Source of the DNA: Patescibacteria group bacterium
GTDB lineage: Bacteria; Patescibacteriota; Minisyncoccia; 2-02-FULL-40-12
Assembly: GCA_038062015.1 (NCBI GenBank)
Contig: JBBTXZ010000005.1
Span: 24,215 to 88,214, forward strand
Length of the DNA stretch: 64,000 nucleotides
Direction of reading: 5' to 3'
Program-made: the position numbers and the translations under genes
Notes under the pieces: generated by a model
The model's input: the letters and a program-made list of their open reading frames with translations, nothing else
Databases searched by the model: none
What the model was told of the DNA's origin: nothing
Shown: positions 37,305 through 46,777 of the stretch, one piece after another
Numbering within the stretch: position 1 is the first letter of the stretch
Layout: each line of letters begins with the position of its first letter

Positions 37305-37838
37305 ATGACCAGACTTTTAGAAAAGTATAGAAAAGTAATGCCATCCATGATGGAGAAGTTTTCTTATAAGAATGTAATGGCTGTTCCGAAGATTGAAAAG
37401 GTCGTAATAAATGTCGGATCAGGAAGAATAGATTCCGAACCGAAATTCAAAGAAAGGGTCCAAAAAGATATCGCCGCAATTTGTGGCCAGAAGCCGGCTT
37501 CAAGATCAGCCAAAAAATCGATTTCCGGGTTTAAAATAAGACAGGGGATGATGATTGGTTTTATTTCCACTTTAAGGGGGAAAAGGATGTATGATTTTCT
37601 GGACCGTCTGATCTCAATAGCTCTGCCAAGATCTCGCGATTTCCGGGGCATCGACGTCAAATCGTTTGATCAAAAAGGCAGTTTGAATATGGGTATAAGA
37701 GAGCAGATAATTTTTCCGGAGGTGAACTACGAATCATCCAAAGATATTTTTCCTTTTCAAATTACGGTCGTGACCACGGCTAAAACCAAAGAAGAGGGAT
37801 TGGAATTATTGAAATTAATGGGATTTCCAATAAAATAA
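37305..37838 (+). CDS. rplE: 50S ribosomal protein L5
   Basis: [19 protein letters not shown]...[15 protein letters not shown]5 pattern. ATG at 37305 immediately after the rplX stop. Confidence 0.9.
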   Translation: MTRLLEKYRKVMPSMMEKFSYKNVMAVPKIEKVVINVGSGRIDSEPKFKERVQKDIAAICGQKPASRSAKKSISGFKIRQGMMIGFISTLRGKRMYDFLDRLISIALPRSRDFRGIDVKSFDQKGSLNMGIREQIIFPEVNYESSKDIFPFQITVVTTAKTKEEGLELLKLMGFPIK

Positions 37839-37851
37839 ATTTCGATATATT

Positions 37852-38037
37852 ATGGCTAAAAAATCACTAGTTTCCAGATTGAATAAACCGAAAAAATACA
37901 AAGTTAGAAAAGTTAACCATTGTTTTATTTGCGGCCGGACAAGAGGCTATATCAGAAAATTTGATTTATGCCGGATACATTTTAGGGAGTTAGCCTCGAA
38001 AGGGGAGATCCCGGGGGTAAAGAAATCATCATGGTAA
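37852..38037 (+). CDS. rpsZ: 30S ribosomal protein S14 type Z (zinc-binding)
   Basis: 61 aa with CFICGR...CRIH cysteines and the S14 pattern. Confidence 0.9.
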   Translation: MAKKSLVSRLNKPKKYKVRKVNHCFICGRTRGYIRKFDLCRIHFRELASKGEIPGVKKSSW

Positions 38038-38167
38038 AGGCTTGGTTGAAAAATTCAAGCCAAAGGCGTAGAATTTTTCAACCAAGCCTTTACCCGCCTA
38101 AGGCGGGCGCTCAACTTTGTAGTTGTTCGCTTCACCCCGCTGAGCGGGGATTCGCTCACAAACAAAA

Positions 38168-38572
38168 ATGGCAGATTTAACTTCAGATTTTTTCATCAGA
38201 ATAAAAAACGCCTATCTGGTTAAAAAAGACCGGGTGGTTGTGCCTTTTTCAAGAATGAAATACGAAATGGCTAAAATTTTGGAGCAAAGCGGTTTTGTTT
38301 TGGCTATCCGGAAAAAAAAGAAAATAAAAAAAAGTGGATATGAAGAACTATTTCTGGATTTAAAGTTGAAATACGAAGGGGATGAGCCGGCATTCAGCAA
38401 TGTCAGGCTTCTTTCAAGTCCGAGCCGGCGGATTTATTTGAAGAAAAGCGAAATCAGGCCGGTTAGAGACGGCTACGGTATTTTAATAATTTCTACTTCG
38501 CGCGGGATTATGACCGGCGACCAGGCCCAGAAGCTCGGTCTTGGCGGCCAAGCGATAGCAGAAGTGTGGTAG
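38168..38572 (+). CDS. rpsH: 30S ribosomal protein S8
   Basis: S8 pattern and position after S14. Confidence 0.92.
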   Translation: MADLTSDFFIRIKNAYLVKKDRVVVPFSRMKYEMAKILEQSGFVLAIRKKKKIKKSGYEELFLDLKLKYEGDEPAFSNVRLLSSPSRRIYLKKSEIRPVRDGYGILIISTSRGIMTGDQAQKLGLGGQAIAEVW

Positions 38573-38619
38573 CGGAGAGAAATAGAATTTAGTAAATAGA
38601 ACTTAGAATATTTAAATTT

Positions 38620-39183
38620 ATGAGCAGAATCGGCAAGCAACCAATTAAGATTCCTGAAGGCGTTGAAATAAAAATCAGCGATGATTTGATTTTGGTAAAA
38701 GGGCCAAGGGGTCAGTTGTCAAAAAAGATTTATCCTTTAATATCGGTCAGCGAAAGCGGCGGGTTAATCACGGTTCAGCCGAAAAATGATACAAAAGAAG
38801 CTTTGGCTTTGTGGGGGACTTTCCGTTCTTTGATTAATAATATGGTTAAAGGCGCAAAAGAAGGTTTTGAGAAAGTTTTGCTTTACGAGGGGATTGGTTT
38901 TAAATCTGAAGTGAAACAAGATCCTTCGGTTGAATCGGAGAAAGTACTGGAATTAAACGTCGGATTTACTCATCCGGTCAGAATTACGGCTCCCAAAGGC
39001 ATTGACTTTAAAGCCGAAAAAAACCAAATTACTATTTCCGGGGCTGATAAGGAGCTGGTCGGTCAGATTGCCGCAAATGTAAGGAACGTAAGGCCGCCAG
39101 AGCCATATAAAGGCAAAGGGATAAGATATAAGGACGAGGTGATAATCAGAAAAGCAGGGAAGAAAGCGGTGGCGACGGGATAG
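38620..39183 (+). CDS. rplF: 50S ribosomal protein L6
   Basis: MSRIGKQPIKIPEGV... L6 pattern. Confidence 0.95.
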   Translation: MSRIGKQPIKIPEGVEIKISDDLILVKGPRGQLSKKIYPLISVSESGGLITVQPKNDTKEALALWGTFRSLINNMVKGAKEGFEKVLLYEGIGFKSEVKQDPSVESEKVLELNVGFTHPVRITAPKGIDFKAEKNQITISGADKELVGQIAANVRNVRPPEPYKGKGIRYKDEVIIRKAGKKAVATG

Positions 39184-39258
39184 AGATAGAACATAGAATA
39201 TAGAATATAGAATGTAGAATACGATCCTATGTTCTATATTCTAAATTCTACATTCTAA

Positions 39259-39585
39259 ATGGATTCAAAAGAAAAACGACAAAAAAGAATAAGACGGCAT
39301 AAACGGGTGAGAGCGGTTGTGAAAGGCACAAGTGAGCGGCCTCGTTTTTCTGTTTTTCGTTCAAACAAACGGATTTACGCTCAACTGATTGACGATTTCA
39401 GAGGGATGACTTTATTAAACGGGAGCAATGTTAAAACATCTGCTTTTAAGGTCGGAGAAACTTTGGCGAAAAAAGCATTAGAGAAGGGAATAAATTCAGT
39501 TGTTTTTGATAGAGGAGGATATAAATATCACGGCCAAGTTAAGGCTTTAGCCGAAGGGGCAAGAAAAGGCGGATTGAAATTTTAG
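39259..39585 (+). CDS. rplR: 50S ribosomal protein L18
   Basis: L18 pattern (...[20 protein letters not shown]...). Confidence 0.92.
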   Translation: MDSKEKRQKRIRRHKRVRAVVKGTSERPRFSVFRSNKRIYAQLIDDFRGMTLLNGSNVKTSAFKVGETLAKKALEKGINSVVFDRGGYKYHGQVKALAEGARKGGLKF

Positions 39586-39593
39586 AAAATAAA

Positions 39594-40073
39594 ATGGAAG
39601 AAATAAAAAAAACAGAGAATAATTCAGGCAGAGGAATTTCTGAATACGACCAGAAAGTTTTGGATATCGCCCGGGTGACCCGGGTCACTAAGGGTGGCAA
39701 AAGATTCACTTTCAGGGCAGCTATTGTAATTGGCGATAAGCACGGGAAAGTCGGCTTCGGCCTCGGTAAGGGGCTTGATGTTGCCCGGTCGGTTGACAAA
39801 GCTTTTAAACAAGCCAAGAAGAATTTAATCAATGTTATTTTTAAAGAAGGGACGATTCCCCATCGCATTGAAGCAAAAGTTAATAGTGCGGTCGTTTTCT
39901 TAAAACCAGCTGCCAAAGGAAGCGGAGTCCGAGCCGGCGGCCCGATGCGGGTAATTGCCAAATTAGCCGGAATTGAAGATGTTTCGGGGAAAATAATCTC
40001 CAGAACTAATAATAAAATCAACATTGCCAAAGCGACGATTGAGGCGTTGAAGAAACTAAAAAGTCCAAAATAA
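39594..40073 (+). CDS. rpsE: 30S ribosomal protein S5
   Basis: S5 dsRBD and C-terminal domain pattern (VTKGGKRFTFRA...). Confidence 0.95.
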   Translation: MEEIKKTENNSGRGISEYDQKVLDIARVTRVTKGGKRFTFRAAIVIGDKHGKVGFGLGKGLDVARSVDKAFKQAKKNLINVIFKEGTIPHRIEAKVNSAVVFLKPAAKGSGVRAGGPMRVIAKLAGIEDVSGKIISRTNNKINIAKATIEALKKLKSPK

Positions 40074-40074
40074 A

Positions 40075-40521
40075 ATGCAGCTATACGAATTAAAACCATT
40101 ACAAAAAAGAAAAAATAAAAAACGGGTCGGCCGGGGAGGCAAGCGAGGCACTTATTCCGGCAAAGGGCAGAAAGGCCAAAAGTCCCGTGCCGGTGCCGGG
40201 ATAAAGCCGGGTTTTCGCGGCGGCGACACCCCGCTTTGGAAAAAATTCCATAAAGCCAGAGGCGCGACCAAAACACTGGATATAAAAAAGCGCGGTTTCC
40301 AGCTTCGCCATCCCAAGCCGGAAATTGTTAATTTAAGAGATCTGGAAAGAAATTTTTCAGAGGGCGAGATGGTTTCACCTGAAACGTTGATGGAAAAAAG
40401 GCTGGTGAAAAAAGTAAAGCATGGTGTTAAAATTTTAGGCAAAGGCGAGCTTCGCAAGAAATTGATATTCAAAGGAATAAAGATGTCAAAATCAGTGAAA
40501 GAAAGAATTGCGAGGGTATAG
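40075..40521 (+). CDS. rplO: 50S ribosomal protein L15
   Basis: GRGGKRGTYSGKGQKGQKSR L15 pattern. Directly follows rpsE, so no L30 gene. Confidence 0.92.
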   Translation: MQLYELKPLQKRKNKKRVGRGGKRGTYSGKGQKGQKSRAGAGIKPGFRGGDTPLWKKFHKARGATKTLDIKKRGFQLRHPKPEIVNLRDLERNFSEGEMVSPETLMEKRLVKKVKHGVKILGKGELRKKLIFKGIKMSKSVKERIARV

Positions 40522-40567
40522 CCAATTTCTTCTCTGAATTTTTTAGACAAATAATCTTTAGAGAGTA
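40522..40567 (+). repeat. ~46-bp intergenic repeat (ccaatttcttctctgaattttttagacaaataatc...agagag), copy 1 of 3
   Basis: Also at 42833..42879 (inverted) and 63838..63883 (direct). Confidence 0.85.
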
Positions 40568-40668
40568 CCATTCGCTCCGTTTCACTCCGTCTACACTAAA
40601 ATTTGCCGACAACTAGGGCGTGTCCACCCCTTCATCCCCTAGCTTGTTAGCGGCAAATTTTTACTCTC
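40561..40668 (+). ncRNA. ~108-nt long imperfect hairpin with nested inverted repeats (candidate structured ncRNA or complex terminator)
   Basis: Nested inverted repeats gagagta/tactctc, aaatttgccg/cggcaaattt and ctaggg/ccctag around the loop cgtgtccaccccttcatc. Confidence 0.4.
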
Positions 40669-40790
40669 TTTCAGTTATTTGTTACTAAAAAACCCAAGTT
40701 CAGAAATTGGCTATATCCCTCGCCAGCCAATAATCAGATTCCGCTGCTCGCCAAGCTCGCAACGGCGAAGCCCGAAATACAAGAAATGCC

Positions 40791-41213
40791 ATGGAAAATA
40801 AACTAAAAGAAACAACGAGTGCTGGTGGTATAGTGATAAATCAGAAAGGAGATATTCTGGTGGTTAGTCAACATGGTACCTCTTGGTCATTGCCCAAGGG
40901 TCATGTTGAAGAAGGAGAAAATTATTTGACTACAGCAAAGCGTGAAATATATGAAGAGTCAGGCATTAAAGACCTCAAATTTATAAAAGAACTTGGCAGT
41001 TATCAACGAAATAAGATAAGTTTAGATGGAGGAGATGATCCTTCAGAAATAAAAACGATTCATATGTTTTTGTTTAAAACAGCTGATTCTAGTTTAAAGC
41101 CTCAAGATCCTATGAACCCAGAAGCACGATGGGTTAACAAAAATGATGTGGGGAAATTGCTCACTCATACTAAAGATAGAGAATTCTTTGAAAGAGTAAA
41201 AGCGGAATTATAA
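40791..41213 (+). CDS. NUDIX hydrolase
   Basis: Nudix box GHVEEGENYLTTAKREIYEESGI. Confidence 0.85.
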   Translation: MENKLKETTSAGGIVINQKGDILVVSQHGTSWSLPKGHVEEGENYLTTAKREIYEESGIKDLKFIKELGSYQRNKISLDGGDDPSEIKTIHMFLFKTADSSLKPQDPMNPEARWVNKNDVGKLLTHTKDREFFERVKAEL

Positions 41214-41565
41214 ATGTTATATAGAATTAATAAAAAGCCACAAACTTATCCATTTAGATTTAGAAACCGGCTCGCGATATCAATTTCTGTATAAAAAGCG
41301 CGAGGGTGTAGTTGTTGAGGAAGTTCAGGAGGCCGAAATTGCACGGTTTGTCATAGATTTTTAGAAGAATAAAGATTTGGATTAAGCATAAGCGAAGCCA
41401 AATCTTCTTCTAAAATATCTTGACAAAATGAGGCCGTATGTACAGTGAGCGAAACCTCGCTGGGGTTTCGCGAACGGTTCCGAAACAGCTACACCCGAAG
41501 GTAGCTTTTTAAGAAATTGATATTGCGAGAGGTGAGTTTTTATAGTATGTTTGTGGCTGATTTAA

Positions 41566-42825
41566 ATGAATAAAATACTAAAACTTTTCAAAATTCCGGA
41601 TTTGAGAAAGAGGGTAGTTTTTATATTGGCCCTTTTGGTTATTTTTCGGATAGCGGCGGCGATTCCGGTGCCGGGAATCGATACTTCGCGTTTAGCCCAG
41701 TTTTTTTCCCAGAACCAGCTTTTTGGCTTAATCAGTTTATTCACCGGCGGCGGTTTGGAAACTTTATCAATCGTGATGCTCGGCGTCGGTCCTTATATAA
41801 CCGCTTCAATCATCATGCAGCTTTTGACTATGATTTTCCCCCAGCTTGAACAGATGTATAAGTATGAGGGCGAGGCCGGAAGGCAGAAGTTCAATCAGTA
41901 TTCGCGCCTTTTGACTGTGCCTCTGGCCCTGCTTCAGGGCTTTGGATTTTTGACCTTGCTTTCCCGGCAAGGAGTCATCGGCGCCTTATCTTTAAACCAA
42001 TGGCTTATTTCTTTGATCGTGGTTACGGCCGGAACAATATTTATAATGTGGCTCGGGGAATTGATTACAGAAAAAAATCTGGGCAACGGAATTTCGCTTT
42101 TGATTTTCGCCGGCATCGTTAGTAGTGGCCCGCAGGCGGTAAGACAGCTCTATTTCGGTTATGACCCGGGCCAGCTCTTCACTTATGTTGGTTATTTCAT
42201 TTTGGCTTTGGTGATAATCGGTGGCGTAGTCTATATTACTGAAGCCCAGAGGCAAATTCCGATAAACTACGCTAAACGCGTCCGCGGTTTTAAGATGTAT
42301 GGCGGCGTTTCAACTTACTTGCCTTTGCGGGTTAATCAGGCTGGCGTAATTCCGATAATTTTTGCCTTGTCTATTTTACTTTTTCCGGGAATGGTGGCTA
42401 ATTTTTTCGCCGGGTCAAACATTGTTTTTCTTTCCAGATTAGCCGAGGGTTTTAACAGATTTTTGAATAATCAAATGATTTATGGAAGCTTGTATTTTAT
42501 TTTGGTCGTCGCTTTTACCTATTTTTACACGGCTATCACTTTTGATCCGAAATCAATTTCGGAAAATATCCAGAAGCAAGGCGGCTATATCCCCGGCATC
42601 CGGCCCGGACCGTCAACTGCCCAGTTTTTAAGCCATCTCTTAAATCGGATTACTTTGGTCGGAGCCGTTTTTTTAGGCCTGATTGCGGTTTTACCTTCCA
42701 TTATTCAGGTTTTAACCGGGATTAGCGCTTTTACTTTGGGTGGGACCTCATTATTAATTATGGTTTCGGTGGCGTTGGAGGTGATGAAGCAGATGGAGAG
42801 CCAGCTTTCGATGTATGAATACTAA
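41566..42825 (+). CDS. secY: Preprotein translocase subunit SecY
   Basis: Ten-TM SecY pattern and position after the ribosomal cluster. Confidence 0.95.
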   Translation: MNKILKLFKIPDLRKRVVFILALLVIFRIAAAIPVPGIDTSRLAQFFSQNQLFGLISLFTGGGLETLSIVMLGVGPYITASIIMQLLTMIFPQLEQMYKYEGEAGRQKFNQYSRLLTVPLALLQGFGFLTLLSRQGVIGALSLNQWLISLIVVTAGTIFIMWLGELITEKNLGNGISLLIFAGIVSSGPQAVRQLYFGYDPGQLFTYVGYFILALVIIGGVVYITEAQRQIPINYAKRVRGFKMYGGVSTYLPLRVNQAGVIPIIFALSILLFPGMVANFFAGSNIVFLSRLAEGFNRFLNNQMIYGSLYFILVVAFTYFYTAITFDPKSISENIQKQGGYIPGIRPGPSTAQFLSHLLNRITLVGAVFLGLIAVLPSIIQVLTGISAFTLGGTSLLIMVSVALEVMKQMESQLSMYEY

Positions 42826-42832
42826 TTGCTTT

Positions 42833-42879
42833 GACCTCTCTGAGGATTATTTGTCTAAAAAATTCAGAGAAGAAATTGG
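42833..42879 (-). repeat. ~46-bp intergenic repeat, copy 2 (inverted orientation)
   Basis: gacctctctgaggattatttgtctaaaaaattcagagaagaaattgg is the reverse complement of copy 1. Confidence 0.85.
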
Positions 42880-42912
42880 TCATACCCGAGCAAGTTTGCT
42901 ATCGTTAAATCA

Positions 42913-43572
42913 ATGTATAAAGTCATTTTCTTAATCGGGCCGCCGGGGTCAGGGAAAGGGACGCAAGCCGAGCTTTTAGCCAAAGAACTCGGTTTTTATC
43001 ATTTTGAAATTTCAAAAGTGATTGAGAAGAATTTTAAGGAGGCTGATTCGAGCGACAAAGAAATCAGCCACCAAAAAGAACATTGGATTGCTGGAGAACT
43101 GATTCATCCTGAACTTGTTTCAAGTTGGTTTATAGAAGAAGTTGAGTTACTTAAAGATAAAGTAAGCGGTTTTGTTTTTTCAGGCTCCGGAAGAAATTTA
43201 AAAGAAATAGAAGAGGAATTGGGTTATTTGGAAAAGATTTACGGCCAGGAGAATATTGCGGCAGTTGAAATAAAATTGAGCGAGGAAGAATCGGTAAAAA
43301 GAAACAGCCATCGCCGGATTTGTTCAAAAAATCGCCATCCGATTCCGAATTTTCCGGAATACGCCGATATAAAAGTTTGCCCCGAAGACGGTTCAGAAAT
43401 TATTACCCGACCTTTGGATAAGCCGGAAATAATAAAGGAGCGTTATAAAGTTTATCTTCAGGAGACTCAACCGGTGATTGAATATTTCAGACAGAACGGA
43501 TATAAAGTGATGGAAGTTAATGGCGAACAGCCGATTGAGAAAGTATTCCAAGACATTAAATTATCTCTTTAA
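42913..43572 (+). CDS. adk: Adenylate kinase (long form, zinc-binding LID)
   Basis: P-loop GPPGSGKGTQ and LID cysteines C...C...C. Confidence 0.9.
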   Translation: MYKVIFLIGPPGSGKGTQAELLAKELGFYHFEISKVIEKNFKEADSSDKEISHQKEHWIAGELIHPELVSSWFIEEVELLKDKVSGFVFSGSGRNLKEIEEELGYLEKIYGQENIAAVEIKLSEEESVKRNSHRRICSKNRHPIPNFPEYADIKVCPEDGSEIITRPLDKPEIIKERYKVYLQETQPVIEYFRQNGYKVMEVNGEQPIEKVFQDIKLSL

Positions 43573-43589
43573 TCTAAATTAAACTTATA

Positions 43590-43625
43590 TTACAATTGTA
43601 ATATAAGTTTAATTTTTGATTTAAT
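43590..43625. promoter_or_regulatory. Perfect palindrome aaacttatattacaattgtaatataagttt upstream of the PaaX-like paralog 2 (candidate operator)
   Basis: Seen directly, ~10 bp before the ATG at 43635. Confidence 0.75.
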
Positions 43626-43634
43626 GGAATTTTA

Positions 43635-44231
43635 ATGAAACTTGGTGAATTAAGGGTCAAAAAAGAAAGCTTTACTTTAAAAGTTCTTAAAGCCGTAGCA
43701 ATTGGAGGGATGGCATTAATTGCTACTTCAAATAAACGCTTTTGGCTTGATTTTTATTTAAACTTTAATAAAGAGTTAAATAGATATAAAACACAGAAAG
43801 AAAGAAGTAAATTGTATCATGCCCTTAGATACTTAAGAGGGAGAAAATTTGTAGATGTTGCAGAAAGACCAGATGGTTTATTGGTAAAAATCAGCACTAA
43901 AGGGTATGAAGTAGTTAAATTTTTTGAATCCATTGAGAAAATGAATTTAATAAAGCCTACCAAATGGGACGGTAAATTCCGATTAGTTATTTTTGATATA
44001 CCTGCAAAAAAGCAGGGAGCGCGCATTGTTTTTATACAAAAGCTAAAAGAAATGAATTTTTATATGCTTCAAAAAAGTATTTGGGTCCATCCTTACGATT
44101 GTACTAATGAAATTGCAGTTCTTAAAAAATTATTTGAAATAGAACCTTATGTTAAAATAGTCGTTGCAGATGCAATAGAAGAACCTTATAAGATTTTAAA
44201 GAATTTTAATTTATTTAAAAGAATGTTGTAG
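43635..44231 (+). CDS. Membrane-anchored wHTH + PaaX_C/Cas2-fold domain protein, paralog of 11229..11783, inserted between adk and map
   Basis: KWDGKFRLVIFDIPAKKQGARIVFIQKLKEMNFYMLQKSIWVHPY aligns with WDGKWRFVMFDIPNKFKGRANALREKLKGLGLYQFQKSVWIHPY of the other copy. Confidence 0.5.
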   Translation: MKLGELRVKKESFTLKVLKAVAIGGMALIATSNKRFWLDFYLNFNKELNRYKTQKERSKLYHALRYLRGRKFVDVAERPDGLLVKISTKGYEVVKFFESIEKMNLIKPTKWDGKFRLVIFDIPAKKQGARIVFIQKLKEMNFYMLQKSIWVHPYDCTNEIAVLKKLFEIEPYVKIVVADAIEEPYKILKNFNLFKRML

Positions 44232-44262
44232 ATATATTACAATTGTAATATATCTTTAATTT
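44232..44262. promoter_or_regulatory. Palindrome agatatattacaattgtaatatatct downstream of paralog 2 (terminator / second operator copy)
   Basis: Seen directly. Same tatattacaattgtaatata core as the upstream palindrome. Confidence 0.7.
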
Positions 44263-45039
44263 GTGGGAATTATTACTAAATCAGAAAAAGAAATAGCAAT
44301 AATGAAAGAAGGTGGAAATATTTTGGCAGAGATTCTTAAAAAACTCGCCACAGAAATAAAAATTGGAATAGCCACTATGGAATTAGAGAATCTAGCCCGC
44401 CAATTAATAGAAAAAGCCAGAGCAGAGTCGGCCTTTTTGGGATTTAAAAATTATCCAGCAGTTTTGTGTACTTCTGTTAATGAGGAAGTAGTCCATGCTA
44501 AACCTTCTTATAGAGTATTAAAGGAAGGCGATTTACTCAAAATTGATATGGGAATTCTTTATAGAGGATTTTATACTGATTCGGCGATTACTCTACTTGT
44601 AACAGATTGGGCTATTTTTAAGATAGAACAACAAGAAGAGTATTTTCAGAAAAATAAACTGATTAAAACTACAAAAGAATGTCTTGAAATCGGGATTTCT
44701 CAAGCAAAAATCGGTAATACAATCGGCGATATTTCTTTTGCTATTCAAAATCACGCCGAAAAAAATGGTTTTTCGGTGATTCAGGATTTAGTCGGCCACG
44801 GCATCGGCCGCGAACTTCACGAAGAACCCGAGGTGCCGAATTTCGGCGCTCCGGGTAAAGGTCCGAAACTAAAAGAAGGAATGGTAATTGCCATTGAGCC
44901 GATGCTCTCGGCCGGTTCTCATGAAGTTATAGAAGATAAAAAAACTTTGGCTTGGATGACAAAAGACAGTTCTTTATCGGCTCATTTCGAACATACTATA
45001 GCAATAATAAAAAGTGGTCCGTTGGTGTTAACTAAGTAG
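44263..45039 (+). CDS. map: Type I methionine aminopeptidase (GTG start)
   Basis: MetAP pattern with metal ligands (D...D...H...E...E context: LVGHGIGRELHEEP). Confidence 0.9.
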   Translation: MGIITKSEKEIAIMKEGGNILAEILKKLATEIKIGIATMELENLARQLIEKARAESAFLGFKNYPAVLCTSVNEEVVHAKPSYRVLKEGDLLKIDMGILYRGFYTDSAITLLVTDWAIFKIEQQEEYFQKNKLIKTTKECLEIGISQAKIGNTIGDISFAIQNHAEKNGFSVIQDLVGHGIGRELHEEPEVPNFGAPGKGPKLKEGMVIAIEPMLSAGSHEVIEDKKTLAWMTKDSSLSAHFEHTIAIIKSGPLVLTK

Positions 45040-45057
45040 TTTGATAAGATTTAAGAA

Positions 45058-45780
45058 ATGCATCTTTCTGTAATAATTCCTGCTTATAACGAAGCTGAAA
45101 GAATCACTGGCACTCTTTTTTCAATAAAAGATTATTTATCCCGACAACCCTATGATTGGGAAGTTTTGGTGATTTCAGACGGTTCAAAAGATAATACTGC
45201 TGAAATAGTGAATAATTTTACTAAACAAAATCCAAGTTTTAAATTAATAGATAATAAAGAGAACCACGGGAAAGGCTACGTAGTTAGACAAGGAATGCTT
45301 GAAGCAAAAGGTGAATACCGCTTATTCACCGACGCCGATAATTCAACAACTATAGACCATCTGGAAAGATTCTGGTCATACTTTAAACAAGGCCATGATG
45401 TCGTGATCGCTTCGATTGCAGCTAGAGGAGCAACTTTAGCTCATTCCGAAAAATTCTATAAACGTTGGTTCGGGAAGCTTGGTAATCTTTGGATTCAGTT
45501 GTGGCTTTTGCCTGGAATTTGGGATTCCAGAAGAGGTTTTAAGATGTTTACAAAAAAAGCGGCCGAAGATATTTTTTCAAAAGTGATAGAACCGGGCTGG
45601 ATTTTTGATGACGAAGCTTTGGCTATTGCGAGAAGACTAAGTTATAAAATAAAAGAAGTCCCTATCCATTGGGTTAATGACCCTGAGTCAAAAGTAAAGT
45701 TAAGAGATTATCCAAAATCTTTATTAGGTACTTTAAAAATAAGATCGAATTTATTAAGAGGGAAATATAGTTTAAAATAA
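45058..45780 (+). CDS. Family 2 glycosyltransferase (dolichyl/polyprenyl-phosphate sugar transferase-like)
   Basis: VIIPAYNEAERI...DGSKDNT...DAD GT2 signature. Confidence 0.8.
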   Translation: MHLSVIIPAYNEAERITGTLFSIKDYLSRQPYDWEVLVISDGSKDNTAEIVNNFTKQNPSFKLIDNKENHGKGYVVRQGMLEAKGEYRLFTDADNSTTIDHLERFWSYFKQGHDVVIASIAARGATLAHSEKFYKRWFGKLGNLWIQLWLLPGIWDSRRGFKMFTKKAAEDIFSKVIEPGWIFDDEALAIARRLSYKIKEVPIHWVNDPESKVKLRDYPKSLLGTLKIRSNLLRGKYSLK

Positions 45781-45784
45781 TTTT

Positions 45785-46777
45785 ATGGACAAATCATTAA
45801 GCGAATTCAGGCAGGATTTAGTTTCCGGGGACTGGGTTTTATTTTCGGCCGAAAGAACCCATTCCATAAGAAAATTTGAAGATTCTTTTCAACTCAAAGA
45901 GGATTGCCCTTTTGAGGATCCCCAAAAATCCGGCCAGGAAATTATCTGGGGCTGGCCGGACAAAGAGAACTGGCGGGTTATGATTATTAAAAATAAGTAT
46001 CCGGCGGTTCTATCAGGGGTTTGCACTCCGACGAGATACTTCGGGCCGTTTAATATTCATGACGGCGTAGGGGAGCACAATGTCATAGTTTTTAAAGATC
46101 ACGATACTCATTTTGCCGACTTCACGATTGACCAGGCAGTTGAGGCCATCAGAGTTTATAAAAAAAGATATCAGGAAATGACCGTGGCTTCTGAATGTGT
46201 TGAATACATAATGATTTTTCACAATTCCGGCAAAGAAGCTGGAGCCAGCATTTTTCATCCTCACTCCCAAATTATTTCTTTGCCGATTCTGCCGCCGGAT
46301 GTATCAAGAAGCATTCGCGGCTCTTATGGATATTACCAAGAACATAAAAAGAGGGTTTACGACGTTGTCGTTGAGTGGGAGTTGGAGCAGAAAAAAAGAA
46401 TTGTCTATGAAAATGATTTTTTTGTCGCTTTCTGCCCTTTTGTTTCTAAATTCCCTTATGAGGTCAGGATATTTTCCAAAGACAGCCATGCCCATTTTGA
46501 AAAGATGCCTGATGAATTTGACAAATATTTAACCGATGTCCTTTTGGCCGTTTTGAAAAAAATCAGAAAAGTCTTGAATAATCCGCCTTATAATTTTTTC
46601 ATCCACACCGCGCCGGCTAAAGAGAGTAAATTTGAGGCCAATTTCCACGAATTCTACCATTGGCATATAGAGATTCTGCCTAAACTTTCAATAGCCGCCG
46701 GTTTTGAGCTGGGAACCGGAGTGGATATAAACGTGGTTGATCCGGATGTGGCGGCCGAAGAATTGAGAAATGCTTAA
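45785..46777 (+). CDS. Galactose-1-phosphate uridylyltransferase (GalT/HIT-like) family protein
   Basis: LVSGDWVLFSAERTHSIRKF and the HxHxQ-like motif FHPHSQI. Confidence 0.6.
   Translation: MDKSLSEFRQDLVSGDWVLFSAERTHSIRKFEDSFQLKEDCPFEDPQKSGQEIIWGWPDKENWRVMIIKNKYPAVLSGVCTPTRYFGPFNIHDGVGEHNVIVFKDHDTHFADFTIDQAVEAIRVYKKRYQEMTVASECVEYIMIFHNSGKEAGASIFHPHSQIISLPILPPDVSRSIRGSYGYYQEHKKRVYDVVVEWELEQKKRIVYENDFFVAFCPFVSKFPYEVRIFSKDSHAHFEKMPDEFDKYLTDVLLAVLKKIRKVLNNPPYNFFIHTAPAKESKFEANFHEFYHWHIEILPKLSIAAGFELGTGVDINVVDPDVAAEELRNA

Noticed and set aside
40561-40668. SRP RNA, 6S RNA or tmRNA identity for the long hairpin
   Set aside because: None of the conserved motifs (SRP domain IV, tmRNA tRNA-like ends) could be recognised by eye. 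Kept as an unclassified structured element.
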